A stretch of 64,000 bases of DNA from NCBI GenBank assembly GCA_041653615.1, contig JBAZEZ010000009.1, positions 5,330 through 69,329 on the forward strand, given 5' to 3'. The DNA is from Candidatus Ratteibacteria bacterium. Its GTDB lineage: Bacteria > Ratteibacteria > UBA8468 > MWAK01. Under the pieces are notes generated by a model. It saw nothing but the letters and a program-made list of their open reading frames with translations. It did no database searches and had not been told where the DNA came from. Positions 47,083-56,186 of the stretch are shown one piece after another (positions within the stretch are counted from its first letter, which is position 1; the number at the start of each line of letters is the position of its first letter). Both the position numbers and the translations under genes were made by a program.

Positions 47083-48510
47083 TCATGACAAACCTAACGC
47101 TTGCTCCAGGTGATGAGCAAAACACAAAACCCGTTCTTCGGCAAAGGCCGGACCCAGTATCTGCAAACCGACCGGCAGGTTATCGCGTACACATCCCACC
47201 GGCAGGCTTAAACCCGGAATCCCGGCCAAATTGGCGGAAACGGTAAAGATATCCGACAGATACATCTGCAAAGGGTCGATAACTTTCTCGCCGATTTTAA
47301 AAGGCGGCGTCGGCGAAGTAGGCGTTAATATCAAATCCACTTCTTGAAAAGCCTGTTCAAAATCCCGTCGAATAAGCGTGCGTACCTTCTGGGCTTTGCG
47401 GTAGTAAGCCTCGTAATAACCGGAGGAAAGAACAAACGTTCCCAGAATTATGCGGCGCTTGGTCTCCCGGCCAAAACCTTCGTTACGGCTCTCTTCATAT
47501 AACTGGCGCATCGTCCGGGCCCCTACCTTACGCTTTCCATAGCGGACGCCGTCAAAACGGGCCAAGTTGGCGCTTGCTTCCGCGGTCGCCAGAACATAAT
47601 ACGCGGCAATCGCATAGGTGGTGTGCGGCAGGGAAATCTCCCTGATTTCCGCACCTAATTTTTTAGCTGTTTTGATGGCTTCGTCAATTTTTTGGGCTAC
47701 ACCACTCTCCAGGCCTTTCCCAAAATATTCCCTGGGCAGACCAACCTTCAATCCGGAGACCGGTTCCGAAAGAAGCGCCGGATAATCCGGCACGGCAACT
47801 TCAGCGCAGGTAGAATCAGCCGGGTCAAAACCGGCAATTTCTTTCAGAATAATGGCGGCGTCTTCTACGGTTCCGGCAAACGGGCCAATCTGGTCCAGGG
47901 AAGAGGCAAAAGCAACCAATCCGTAACGAGACACCCGACCATAAGTAGGTTTCAGGCCGACCACGCCGCAAAAAGAAGCCGGCTGACGAATGGAACCGCC
48001 GGTATCCGAACCAAGGCTGGCGCAGGCAAAATCGGCCGCTACCGCGGCCGCGGACCCCCCGCTGCTCCCGCCCGGAACGCAATCCGGATTTGCCGGATTG
48101 CGGGTTATCCCAAAAGCGGAATTTTCGGTGGAAGAACCAAAGGCGAATTCATCCAAATTGGTCTTGCCCAAAAAAATCGCGTCATTTTTTCTTAATTTTT
48201 TAATAACAGTGGCGTCGTACGGAGAGACAAAACTTTCCAGAATGCGGGAGGCACAGGTGGTTTTTGTTCCTTCCTGGCAAATGTTATCCTTGATGGCCAA
48301 CGGAATTCCGGCCAGAACAGAAAGGTCTTCACCTTCGGAAATCCGCCGGTCGACGCTCTTCGCCTGCCGGAGCGCCTCTGACTCATTCAGGGAGAGAAAA
48401 GCGTGAATCAAACCGTCTTTCTCTTTTATCCTGCCGTAAAAATCGGTTACGGATTCAACCGCCGAAACCTTTTTTTTCCGGTAAAGTTCGGCCAGTTTTT
48501 TGATGGTCAT
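47083..48510 (-). CDS. gatA: Asp/Glu-tRNA amidotransferase subunit A
   Basis: AIKDNI, GKTNLDEFAFGSSTE, PGGSSGGS, GSDTGGSIRQPA, LARFDGVRYG; start at ATG 48510. Confidence 0.95.
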   Translation of the reverse strand: MTIKKLAELYRKKKVSAVESVTDFYGRIKEKDGLIHAFLSLNESEALRQAKSVDRRISEGEDLSVLAGIPLAIKDNICQEGTKTTCASRILESFVSPYDATVIKKLRKNDAIFLGKTNLDEFAFGSSTENSAFGITRNPANPDCVPGGSSGGSAAAVAADFACASLGSDTGGSIRQPASFCGVVGLKPTYGRVSRYGLVAFASSLDQIGPFAGTVEDAAIILKEIAGFDPADSTCAEVAVPDYPALLSEPVSGLKVGLPREYFGKGLESGVAQKIDEAIKTAKKLGAEIREISLPHTTYAIAAYYVLATAEASANLARFDGVRYGKRKVGARTMRQLYEESRNEGFGRETKRRIILGTFVLSSGYYEAYYRKAQKVRTLIRRDFEQAFQEVDLILTPTSPTPPFKIGEKVIDPLQMYLSDIFTVSANLAGIPGLSLPVGCVRDNLPVGLQILGPAFAEERVLCFAHHLEQALGLS

Positions 48511-49177
48511 ATTTCTTCCATAAATCAGGACGTAATTTCTTCGTTCTTTCTTCAGCCGTCTTCTGCCTCCAAGCAGCAATTTTTTTATGGTCTCCGGAAA
48601 GCAGAACTTCCGGTACCCCAACTCCCCGCCACCGGGCCGGCCTGGTATAATGCGGCCAATCCAAAAGATTACCGCTGAACGAGTCCTGCTCGGCCGCGCC
48701 TTCCGGCAGAACTCCCGGTAAAAGACGCGTCACCGCGTCAATCACCACCAGGGCTGCCGTTTCTCCGGCGGAAAGAACGTAATCACCAATTGAAAGTTGC
48801 CGATCACACAACTCTACAACTCGCTCATCCATTCCTTCGTAATGACCGCAAATCAGAATAAGCCCTTTCTTTCGGGAAAATTTTCTCGCTAAAGGCTGGT
48901 CTAAAACCCTCCCGGCCGGTGAAAGCATAATTATTTCTGCTTTCGGATTATCTTTTCGTATTTTTCCAAGCGCTTTCGCAACCGGACCGACCATCATCAC
49001 CATTCCCACGCCGCCGCCGAATGATTTATCATCAACTTTCCGGTGACGGTCAGTCGTAAAATCGCGCAGGTTATGAACCCGAAGGTCCAGAAATCCCGCT
49101 TCCCGGGCCCGACCGATAATGCTTAAATCAAGAGGTAAAAACGCCTCCGGGAATATGGTAATAACGTCTATGCGCAT
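48455..49177 (-). CDS. trmD: tRNA (guanine-N1)-methyltransferase
   Basis: VDDKSFGGGVGM, LICGHYEG, SIGDYVLSAGE, PHYTRP, VPEVLLSGDH. Confidence 0.96.
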   Translation of the reverse strand: MRIDVITIFPEAFLPLDLSIIGRAREAGFLDLRVHNLRDFTTDRHRKVDDKSFGGGVGMVMMVGPVAKALGKIRKDNPKAEIIMLSPAGRVLDQPLARKFSRKKGLILICGHYEGMDERVVELCDRQLSIGDYVLSAGETAALVVIDAVTRLLPGVLPEGAAEQDSFSGNLLDWPHYTRPARWRGVGVPEVLLSGDHKKIAAWRQKTAEERTKKLRPDLWKKYDHQKTGRTLPEKKGFGG

Positions 49178-49188
49178 GTAACTTAAGC

Positions 49189-49267
49189 TGTCATTCCTGC
49201 AGATTTTTAGCAGGAATCTACGCTTTTAAAAATACTGGATTCCCGCTTGATACACGCGGGAATGACA
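49189..49267. repeat. ATTCCC/GGGAAT doublet (REPIN-like)
   Basis: tgtcattcctgc...gcaggaatc spacer ggattcccgc...gcgggaatgaca. Confidence 0.82.
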
Positions 49268-49285
49268 TAAGGAATTAATACATTT

Positions 49286-49528
49286 TTACAGTATGCCCTT
49301 TTGCTTAAAAAGGCTTCGGACCGTATCCGACGGTTGGGCGCCGACTCCTAACCAATATTTTGCCCGCTCCGCGTTCACTTCCAGAACTTTCGGCTGCAAC
49401 CGGTTATTGTAATTTCCCAACAACTCCAGATAGTCGCCTCTGCCATCTTTACGGCTGTCAACCACCACGATACGATAACTGGGCTGATTTCTCTTGCCGA
49501 CTCTCCTTAATCTGATTTTTGCTGCCAT
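49286..49528 (-). CDS. rpsP: 30S ribosomal protein S16
   Basis: KIRLRRVGKRNQPSYRIVVVDSR...LGNYN...WLGVGAQPSDTV. Confidence 0.97.
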   Translation of the reverse strand: MAAKIRLRRVGKRNQPSYRIVVVDSRKDGRGDYLELLGNYNNRLQPKVLEVNAERAKYWLGVGAQPSDTVRSLFKQKGIL

Positions 49529-49533
49529 ATTTT

Positions 49534-49618
49534 TTCTCCTTTACCTGCCATAGCATGGACGCCTTGTAGCGCCTAAGGCGCCTGTTCACGAGGCGTCCGC
49601 CCTGCGAAAGCAGGCCCG
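49534..49618 (-). promoter_or_regulatory. Structured leader motif containing the SD, copy B
   Basis: Homologous to 42614-42697; ggacgcc/ggcgtcc stem with an internal gcgcc-taa-ggcgc hairpin. Confidence 0.55.
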
Positions 49619-49630
49619 CCGCCTCCTATC

Positions 49631-50896
49631 TTAATTCTCGTTTATTCGCGTTATTCTCGCACCGACTGCGTTCAGTTTCCCTTCCATGTCCTGATACCCC
49701 CGGTCCAGGTGATAGATTCTGCCCACAACCGTTTCCCCGTCCGCAGCCAACCCGGCCAACACAAGCGCGGCGCTGGCGCGCAAGTCGGAGGCCATTACCC
49801 TGGTTCCGGCCAACCGCTCCCTGCCCCGAATAATGGCTGTTCCCTCTTGCAGCGTAATATCGGCTCCCAAGCGCTTCAACTCCGCGGCGTGCATAAATCT
49901 TTCCGGGAAAATCTTCTCCGTAATCACGCCGGTTCCTTCCGCCAAACACATCAAAGACATAAATTGCGCCTGCAGATCAGTCGGAAATCCGGGATAGGGA
50001 AGAGTCACGATATCAACACCTTTAAGTTTCCCTTTAGCTTTGATTGAAACCTTGTTTTTCCCTTTTTTGATTTCCACTCCGGCCTCAACCAATTTTTCCA
50101 GAAGCGCAAAAAGATGCTCCGGCACGCAGTCGCGAACCTCAACTTCGCCGGCGGTAATCGCGCCGGCCAGAAGATGGGTTCCGGCTTCAATCCGGTCGGG
50201 AATGACGCGATAATCGGTTGGTTTCAATTTTTTAACCCCTTTTATCCGAATCAGGTGACTTCCGGCCCCGTAAATTTTGGCGCCCATCTTATTCAAAAAA
50301 TTAGCAAGGTCAACTATTTCCGGCTCACAGGCGGCAAATTCAATAACCGTTTCCCCGCTCGCGAAACAAGCGGCCATCAATAAATTGGCCGTTGCCAAAA
50401 CGCTGGAACCGAAATTACCGCCCAGAAAAATTTCCGTTCCGGCCAACCGCTTGGTCTCTCCCTCAACATAACCTTCAACCAGTTTAAAACCCACACCCAA
50501 CTTCTCTAAACCCTTAAGATGAATATCCACCGGTCGGTCGCCGATAACGCACCCGCCCGGCAGAGAAATACGCGCCTTTCCAAAACAAGCCAAAAGCGGA
50601 CCCAGCAGGCAGATGGAAGCACGCATCTCTTTAACCAATTCGTAGGGCGCGGTACAACTGACAATCCCCGAAGAATCCACGGTAATGCAGTCACCTTCCC
50701 ACTGCACTCGCGCTCCGACCGCGGAAAGAATTTTAAGCATCGTCCGGATGTCCCTCAAGTGCGGAACTCCGTATATTCTGCTCCTGCCCCCAGAAAGCAA
50801 GGTCGCGGCCAGAATGGGAAGGCTGGCATTCTTGGAACCACTCGTTGAAATACTACCCTTAAGCCTTCGCCCGCCAAGAATTTTAAGCGCTTCCAT
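49631..50896 (-). CDS. murA: UDP-N-acetylglucosamine 1-carboxyvinyltransferase
   Basis: GSKNASLP, MRASICLLGP, LPGGCVIGDRPVDIH, IPDRIEAGT, YPGFPTDLQ, SDLRASAAL; start at ATG 50896. Confidence 0.97.
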   Translation of the reverse strand: MEALKILGGRRLKGSISTSGSKNASLPILAATLLSGGRSRIYGVPHLRDIRTMLKILSAVGARVQWEGDCITVDSSGIVSCTAPYELVKEMRASICLLGPLLACFGKARISLPGGCVIGDRPVDIHLKGLEKLGVGFKLVEGYVEGETKRLAGTEIFLGGNFGSSVLATANLLMAACFASGETVIEFAACEPEIVDLANFLNKMGAKIYGAGSHLIRIKGVKKLKPTDYRVIPDRIEAGTHLLAGAITAGEVEVRDCVPEHLFALLEKLVEAGVEIKKGKNKVSIKAKGKLKGVDIVTLPYPGFPTDLQAQFMSLMCLAEGTGVITEKIFPERFMHAAELKRLGADITLQEGTAIIRGRERLAGTRVMASDLRASAALVLAGLAADGETVVGRIYHLDRGYQDMEGKLNAVGARITRINEN

Positions 50897-51749
50897 GTTT
50901 TTGACAAACCACCACCCGGTCAATACCGGCAAAATCTTTGATTACTTTCTCCAATTTAAAACCGGCCTTTTCAAGCAGGGAAACAATTTTTTCCGCCTGG
51001 CCGTATCCAATTTCAAATATCAGGTAACCACCGCCCGCCAAAATCCCGTAACTTCCGGTTATCAAAATACGAATGAAATTCAGGCCGTCCGGTCCGCCGA
51101 AAAGCGCTCCTTCCGGTTCCCGTCTCACTTCTTTTGACAGATTCCTCCTTTCCGTCAACGGAATGTAAGGCGGATTAGAAACAATCACTTCAAATTTTTT
51201 ACCGGTTCTGCCGGAAAAAACACTAAAATCTTCCCGTTGTATCCTGGTCCGGTTGCTTTTAATTCGCAACCGGCGCCTGTTACCCCGGGCCATCTTTACG
51301 GCCGGCAGGCTTTTATCGATTAAAAAAAACTCAGCGTCGGATATAGGGGCCATCGCCAGAGTCAAACCAACCACCCCGCAACCGGTCCCGACCTCCAAAA
51401 TCCGTTTTTTGCCCCTAAAACCGGAAATCCTTTCCCGGACCGCTTGTACCAATAGTTCTGTTTCCGGCCGAGGAATAAACACTCCTCTTCCCACCCGAAA
51501 AATCTCTCCGCAAAAAGTAACTTCCCCGGTCAAGTATTGAAGCGGTTCCCCCCGCCCGCGCCGGCGCAGAAGATATTCAAACAAAACTCTTTTGGATTTC
51601 GCGACTTCTTTCTCCGGATAAAGATACAGGTCTATCCGCCGTAAATTCAACAGATGGGCCAGAATAATTTCAGCGCAAAGACGCGGTTCTTCAACCACTT
51701 TGCTTTCAAGATAAGCACTACCTTCTCTTAGAACCGCGGATAGAACCAC
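50883..51749 (-). CDS. prmC: Release factor glutamine methyltransferase
   Basis: GEPLQYL, VFIPRPETE, LEVGTGCG, VSNPPYI, FEIGYGQ; likely GTG start overlapping the upstream TAG. Confidence 0.93.
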   Translation of the reverse strand: MVLSAVLREGSAYLESKVVEEPRLCAEIILAHLLNLRRIDLYLYPEKEVAKSKRVLFEYLLRRRGRGEPLQYLTGEVTFCGEIFRVGRGVFIPRPETELLVQAVRERISGFRGKKRILEVGTGCGVVGLTLAMAPISDAEFFLIDKSLPAVKMARGNRRRLRIKSNRTRIQREDFSVFSGRTGKKFEVIVSNPPYIPLTERRNLSKEVRREPEGALFGGPDGLNFIRILITGSYGILAGGGYLIFEIGYGQAEKIVSLLEKAGFKLEKVIKDFAGIDRVVVCQKHGSA

Positions 51750-52012
51750 TACTGTTTTGAAACCGTACGCGTATTGGCTTCGATATCCAGCACCACCAAA
51801 ATTAGCTGGCTCGCGCCGTAAAGATAAAGAAAACCGAAAACACCATAAACCAAAGAAGCTAAACACACAATACCGCTGGTCTCCGGCTTACGCGCAAGCA
51901 AGCCCAGTCCCACCAAAAGGCCGATGCCGCAAAGAATAACCACCACCCAGGCAAGCGTACACAAAGCGTCCGAAACCTTCCTTAAACCCGCGTATTTAAG
52001 AACTTCTTCCAT
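51749..52012 (-). CDS. Small membrane protein (two TM)
   Basis: Two hydrophobic helices; VLDIEANTR; SD ggagg. Confidence 0.7.
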   Translation of the reverse strand: MEEVLKYAGLRKVSDALCTLAWVVVILCGIGLLVGLGLLARKPETSGIVCLASLVYGVFGFLYLYGASQLILVVLDIEANTRTVSKQ

Positions 52013-52021
52013 CTTAACCTC

Positions 52022-52095
52022 CGTGGATGGTCAACGGTAAATAGTAAATGGTAAAATCTTTAAACCATTCACGATTCACAATTCACCATTTACTG
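52022..52095. repeat. Heptamer-arm inverted element, copy 3
   Basis: Core aaaatctttaaacc; ends tttactg. Confidence 0.8.
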
Positions 52096-52446
52096 CTTTA
52101 TGTCCGAATTGTCCATGGCCATTTTACCGAGCACCGGTAAAAGAAAATATTCGCCCCGATATGCCTTGACCATTAGGACAATCCAAAAAACGACTCCCGC
52201 TAAATTAATCAAGTAACGAAAGATTTTCAACAGCGGCGGTGCAAAAGAAAAAACGGCGGTAATCACCGATAACAAAACAAGCCAGACGACTGAAAAAAAT
52301 ATCGCCTGCAGGCTGTGAAAACGAATAAACTTATTCTTCTTTTCTGTCAGGAAAAAGAAGAGGCCGGTAATTACGCTGAAAATACCCAGCACATAACAAA
52401 GCAATCCGGCCATATTTTCCTTCAATCCGCTGCTTGTCTCTTCCAT
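52090..52446 (-). CDS. DUF4870-like membrane protein
   Basis: SSGLKENMAGLLCY, FIRFHSLQAI, MVKAYRGE..LPVLG. Confidence 0.8.
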   Translation of the reverse strand: MEETSSGLKENMAGLLCYVLGIFSVITGLFFFLTEKKNKFIRFHSLQAIFFSVVWLVLLSVITAVFSFAPPLLKIFRYLINLAGVVFWIVLMVKAYRGEYFLLPVLGKMAMDNSDIKQ

Positions 52447-52455
52447 GCTTACCTC

Positions 52456-52515
52456 CGTGAATGGTGAATGGTGAATGGTTTAAAGATTTCACTATTCATC
52501 GTTTACTGTTCACTG
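52456..52515. repeat. Heptamer-arm inverted element, copy 4
   Basis: gtgaatggtgaatggtgaatgg; core ggtttaaagatttc is the near reverse complement of the copy 3 core. Confidence 0.8.
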
Positions 52516-53414
52516 TTTTTCAACGCCTCGATAACCGGGGCCAAACCTCCGTCCATAATCTCCTTAAGATTGCGGCTGGTAAAACCGATGCGGTGGTCAG
52601 TCAGGCGATTCTGGGGAAAGTTATAGGTTCTAATCTTTTCGCTGCGGTCGCCGGTTTTTATTTTTGCCCGGCGCTCCGCGCCCATTGCTTCTTCCTGCTC
52701 TCTTTCCTGCTGTTCAGCCAAACGGGCCGCCATCACCTTCAAGGCGCGTTCCTTGTTTTGCAACTGACTGCGCTCATCCTGGCAACTGACCACAATTCCG
52801 GTGGGAAGGTGAGTCACGCGGACCGCCGAATAGGTCGTATTGACCGATTGACCTCCGGCTCCGGAAGAACAGAAGGTGTCAATTTTAACCTCTTTCGGGT
52901 CAATTTTTACTTCCCTGACTTCGGTTTCCGGAAAAGCCGCTACCGTAGCGGCCGAAGTATGGATACGGCCGCTGGATTCCGTTTCCGGAATACGCTGCAC
53001 CCGATGCACGCCGCTTTCGTATTTCAAAAAACCGTAAGCGCCCTTTCCTTTAACCAGAAAAATGATTGACCTTATTCCGTTTTTTTCGCTGAAATTACTG
53101 TCAAAAATTTCGGTTTTCAAACCCTTCCGTTCCGTGAAGCGGGTATACATCCGAAAGAGGTCCCGGGCAAAAAGAGCGGCTTCTTCGCCGCCGGTTCCGG
53201 CTCTCACCTCAACGATGGCATTACGGCTGTCCCGACCATCCAAACTTTTTTTCGCTGAATCTTTCTCCAGCCGGCTCACCTCTGCCCGCAGCCGAACAAC
53301 TTCTTCCCGGGCCAACTCCGCCATCCCCGAATCCTTTTCGCTTCGGGCCAACTCCTCTGCTTCGGCCAGCTCTTTTTTTATTCTCTCGAGAATATAATTA
53401 TTCCTTTTTACCAT
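52503..53414 (-). CDS. prfA: Peptide chain release factor 1, apparently N-terminally shortened
   Basis: [29 protein letters not shown] (PxT), [20 protein letters not shown]; probable ATG at 53414 inside the rpmE 3' end. Confidence 0.85.
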   Translation of the reverse strand: MVKRNNYILERIKKELAEAEELARSEKDSGMAELAREEVVRLRAEVSRLEKDSAKKSLDGRDSRNAIVEVRAGTGGEEAALFARDLFRMYTRFTERKGLKTEIFDSNFSEKNGIRSIIFLVKGKGAYGFLKYESGVHRVQRIPETESSGRIHTSAATVAAFPETEVREVKIDPKEVKIDTFCSSGAGGQSVNTTYSAVRVTHLPTGIVVSCQDERSQLQNKERALKVMAARLAEQQEREQEEAMGAERRAKIKTGDRSEKIRTYNFPQNRLTDHRIGFTSRNLKEIMDGGLAPVIEALKNSEQ

Positions 53415-53601
53415 ACTTCTTCCGGAACTTCTCCACCCGACCGGCAGAATCGACAAACTTCGATTTTCCGGTAAAAAACGGATGACAAGCGGCACATATT
53501 TCCACGTGCATTTCCTTTTTGGTAGAACCCGTTTCCACCACACTCCCGCAAGCGCAGATAACCTTGCTGGGGGAATAGGCGGGATGAATATCCTTCTTCA
53601 T
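53398..53601 (-). CDS. rpmE: 50S ribosomal protein L31 (zinc-binding type)
   Basis: [34 protein letters not shown]. Confidence 0.97.
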   Translation of the reverse strand: MKKDIHPAYSPSKVICACGSVVETGSTKKEMHVEICAACHPFFTGKSKFVDSAGRVEKFRKKYGKKE

Positions 53602-54152
53602 TTTTCCTCCATCTCCAATTCGGCGCGACCGATCGGATGTTCCACTTCAGTCAGACCCTCGCTGCTGAAGTATTTAATCGGCTGTCCGTCAATTAAAAAC
53701 CTGACTTTATTCACCCCGGAAAATTGGGTGGCGGTATAAACAATTTGACGCAACCTGGCCAGCATCATTTCCGTTCCGCCGCCCTCGCCAATCTGCTTGG
53801 AAAAATTTAAAAAAACCGTGTCTTCCTCTATGAAAAGACTCAAAAGCTGCGCTTCCTGGAGCAAAGCAGAATCGTAACCGGCTGCTTTCTCCGCCTCATT
53901 CGGACCCTGTAAAAGAAGGGTTATCGCGTTCTGAATTTTTCCGTCAGCAGACCGAAACCGGGGCACCTTCCGTACCACCGGAACAATCATTCCGTGCTGG
54001 GTAAAATAAAGGTTGATTTCCCCGGCACGACCCACCCGTAGCACCCGGTAGAAAATTTCAAAATTGGCCGAAGGCACAAATGCCTTATAAATAAAAAACC
54101 CGGCCACCACCAGGAGCAGAAAAAGAACCGCGTAACCGACCGTCTTTTTCAT
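53598..54152 (-). CDS. GerMN-domain protein
   Basis: N-terminal TM; [36 protein letters not shown]. Confidence 0.85.
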   Translation of the reverse strand: MKKTVGYAVLFLLLVVAGFFIYKAFVPSANFEIFYRVLRVGRAGEINLYFTQHGMIVPVVRKVPRFRSADGKIQNAITLLLQGPNEAEKAAGYDSALLQEAQLLSLFIEEDTVFLNFSKQIGEGGGTEMMLARLRQIVYTATQFSGVNKVRFLIDGQPIKYFSSEGLTEVEHPIGRAELEMEEK

Positions 54153-54162
54153 ATTAATTTTT

Positions 54163-54279
54163 GGACGCAGATTACCGCTGATTACCGCAGATAAAGTATA
54201 ATAAAAATTTCTTATAGAAATACTTTTAAAAAATTATCGTTTAGTATATTATCCGCAGTTTCTGCGAAAATCTGCGTCC
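54163..54279. repeat. GGACGCAG inverted-arm element, copy 4
   Basis: ggacgcagattaccgctgattaccgcagat...aaaatctgcgtcc. Confidence 0.87.
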
Positions 54280-54285
54280 TCTTGC

Positions 54286-56058
54286 TCATAGCGCTGCGGA
54301 AAGTTCATTAAACTCATCCCAAATTTCTCCGGGCATCCGGTCTCCGAATTTCTTCAAAAAGATTTCTACGTCGGCAAGTTCTGCTTTCCATTCCCCGGGA
54401 TTTACGGCCAACGCCTTTTCCAAATTCGCCTCGGAAATGTCCAGGCCGGAGAGGTCCAGACCGTTCCGGCCGGGCAGAATTCCGGCCGGCGTCTCCCGAA
54501 AATTCGTGGAACCGGAATCGAGGGAACGCTCAATAATCCATTTCAAAACCCGGATATTATCGCCGAAACCGGGCCAGAGAAATTTTCCGTCTTCATCTTT
54601 GCGGAACCAGTTGATACAAAATATTTCCGGCGGACTGGTCATTCGTTTCCCCATATCCAACCAGTGTTGAAAATAATCACCCATATTATAGCCGCAAAAA
54701 GGCAGCATTGCCATCGGGTCCCGGCGCAAAACCCCAACCTTAAGAGCCGCGGCGGCCGTAGTCTCCGAACCCATCGCAGCCGCCATAAATACGCCGTGCT
54801 GCCAGTTAAAACCTTGCATGACCAGCGGTCTGGTATCGCTCCTGCGCCCGCCGAAAATTATGGCAGAAATCGGAACTCCTTGCGGATTATCGGCTTCCGG
54901 TGAAAGCGTGGGACACTGCCTGATATCGACCGTAAACCGGGAATTGGGATGGGCCGCCGGCGTTTTGGATTCCGGTTGCCAGGGATTCCCCTGCCAATCC
55001 AATAAATTTTCCGGCCGGGCGCCATCCATCCCCTCCCACCACGGTTCGTTGGTTTCGGTGTTCAAGGCAGTATTCGTATAAAGGGTAGGATAAGAAGTAC
55101 CCGCTTTCAGGGTCCTCATCATGTTAGGATTGGTCGCCAGAGAAGTCCCGGGCGCTACTCCAAAAAACCCGGTTTCCGGGTTAAGCGCGTAAAGCCGGCC
55201 ATCCTTTCCGATATGCAGCCAGGCAATGTCGTCACCCAGGGTCCATATTTTGTATTCGGGCAAGGCTGATTCCATCATTGCCCGGTTGGTCTTCCCGCAG
55301 GCGGAAGGAAGCGCCGCAACCAGGTAAGTAACGTTTCCTTTCGGGTCTTCCACGCCGATAATAACCATGTGCTCAGCCAACCAGCCTTCCTTTAAACCCA
55401 ACCAGGAAGCAATCCTTAAAGAAAAACATTTTTTACCCAGAAGCGCGTTTCCGCCGTAACCGGAACCGATACTCCAGACCAGGTTCTCTTCGGGGAAATG
55501 CATGATAAAACGGCGGCTGGGGTCAAAATCACCTACCGAATGAATGCCCTTTACGAAATCTTCCGAGGCGCCTATCTTATTCACAGCCTCTTTTCCCAGA
55601 CGGGTCATTATCCGCATGCTAACCGCAACGTAAGAAATGTCTGTAATCTGGACGCAGGCCTTGGCATACGGGGAAAGGGGATTACCCATCACGTAGGGAA
55701 GCACGTACATCGTCCGTCCGGTCATGCATCCTTCGGAGAGCGCGCGCATTTTCGCTTTGGCTTCCGCCGGGTCCATCCAGTTGTTGTTGGGTCCGACCGT
55801 CTCTCGGTCCGGGTGACATACAAACGTCAGTTGTTCGGTCCGGGCAACATCGGTCGGGTGGCTTCGGTGCAGGTATGAAAAAGGAAATGTTTCCTGATTA
55901 AGTTTATAAAACACGTTCTGACTGCCGATACGCTCTTCTTTTTCACCGATTTCAACCAGGCGGCGCGCTTCTTCCTCGGAACCGTCGCACCAATATACCC
56001 GGGCCGGCTTGGTCAGCCGCGCCTGTTCCTCAACCCATTTTTCTAAAGGTGTCGCCAT
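54286..56058 (-). CDS. pckG: GTP-dependent phosphoenolpyruvate carboxykinase
   Basis: DVARTE, SGYGGNALLGKKCF, WLAEHM, PSACGKTN, GDDIAW, NPETGFFGVAPG, HPNSRF, FGGRR, DPMAMLPFCGY. Confidence 0.96.
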   Translation of the reverse strand: MATPLEKWVEEQARLTKPARVYWCDGSEEEARRLVEIGEKEERIGSQNVFYKLNQETFPFSYLHRSHPTDVARTEQLTFVCHPDRETVGPNNNWMDPAEAKAKMRALSEGCMTGRTMYVLPYVMGNPLSPYAKACVQITDISYVAVSMRIMTRLGKEAVNKIGASEDFVKGIHSVGDFDPSRRFIMHFPEENLVWSIGSGYGGNALLGKKCFSLRIASWLGLKEGWLAEHMVIIGVEDPKGNVTYLVAALPSACGKTNRAMMESALPEYKIWTLGDDIAWLHIGKDGRLYALNPETGFFGVAPGTSLATNPNMMRTLKAGTSYPTLYTNTALNTETNEPWWEGMDGARPENLLDWQGNPWQPESKTPAAHPNSRFTVDIRQCPTLSPEADNPQGVPISAIIFGGRRSDTRPLVMQGFNWQHGVFMAAAMGSETTAAAALKVGVLRRDPMAMLPFCGYNMGDYFQHWLDMGKRMTSPPEIFCINWFRKDEDGKFLWPGFGDNIRVLKWIIERSLDSGSTNFRETPAGILPGRNGLDLSGLDISEANLEKALAVNPGEWKAELADVEIFLKKFGDRMPGEIWDEFNELSAAL

Positions 56059-56063
56059 AAATT

Positions 56064-56096
56064 CAGTGAATAGTAAACGGTGAATAGTGAATGGTA
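56064..56096. repeat. Heptamer-arm element, single arm
   Basis: cagtgaatagtaaacggtgaatagtgaatggta. Confidence 0.65.
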
Positions 56097-56186
56097 ATCG
56101 ACTACTAAAAACTTAACTTTATATTTTACTACAACGGCGGGAATTCGGCAAACGCAGAAAATGGGGTCACCTGACTAACGAAAATA

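Noticed and set aside
53398-53543. Programmed frameshift or long overlapping N-terminus restoring full-length RF1
   Set aside because: The open frame through rpmE does not resemble RF1. The prfA frame is +1 to rpmE, so the T-AAA-AAG run (a -1 type signal) would not join them.
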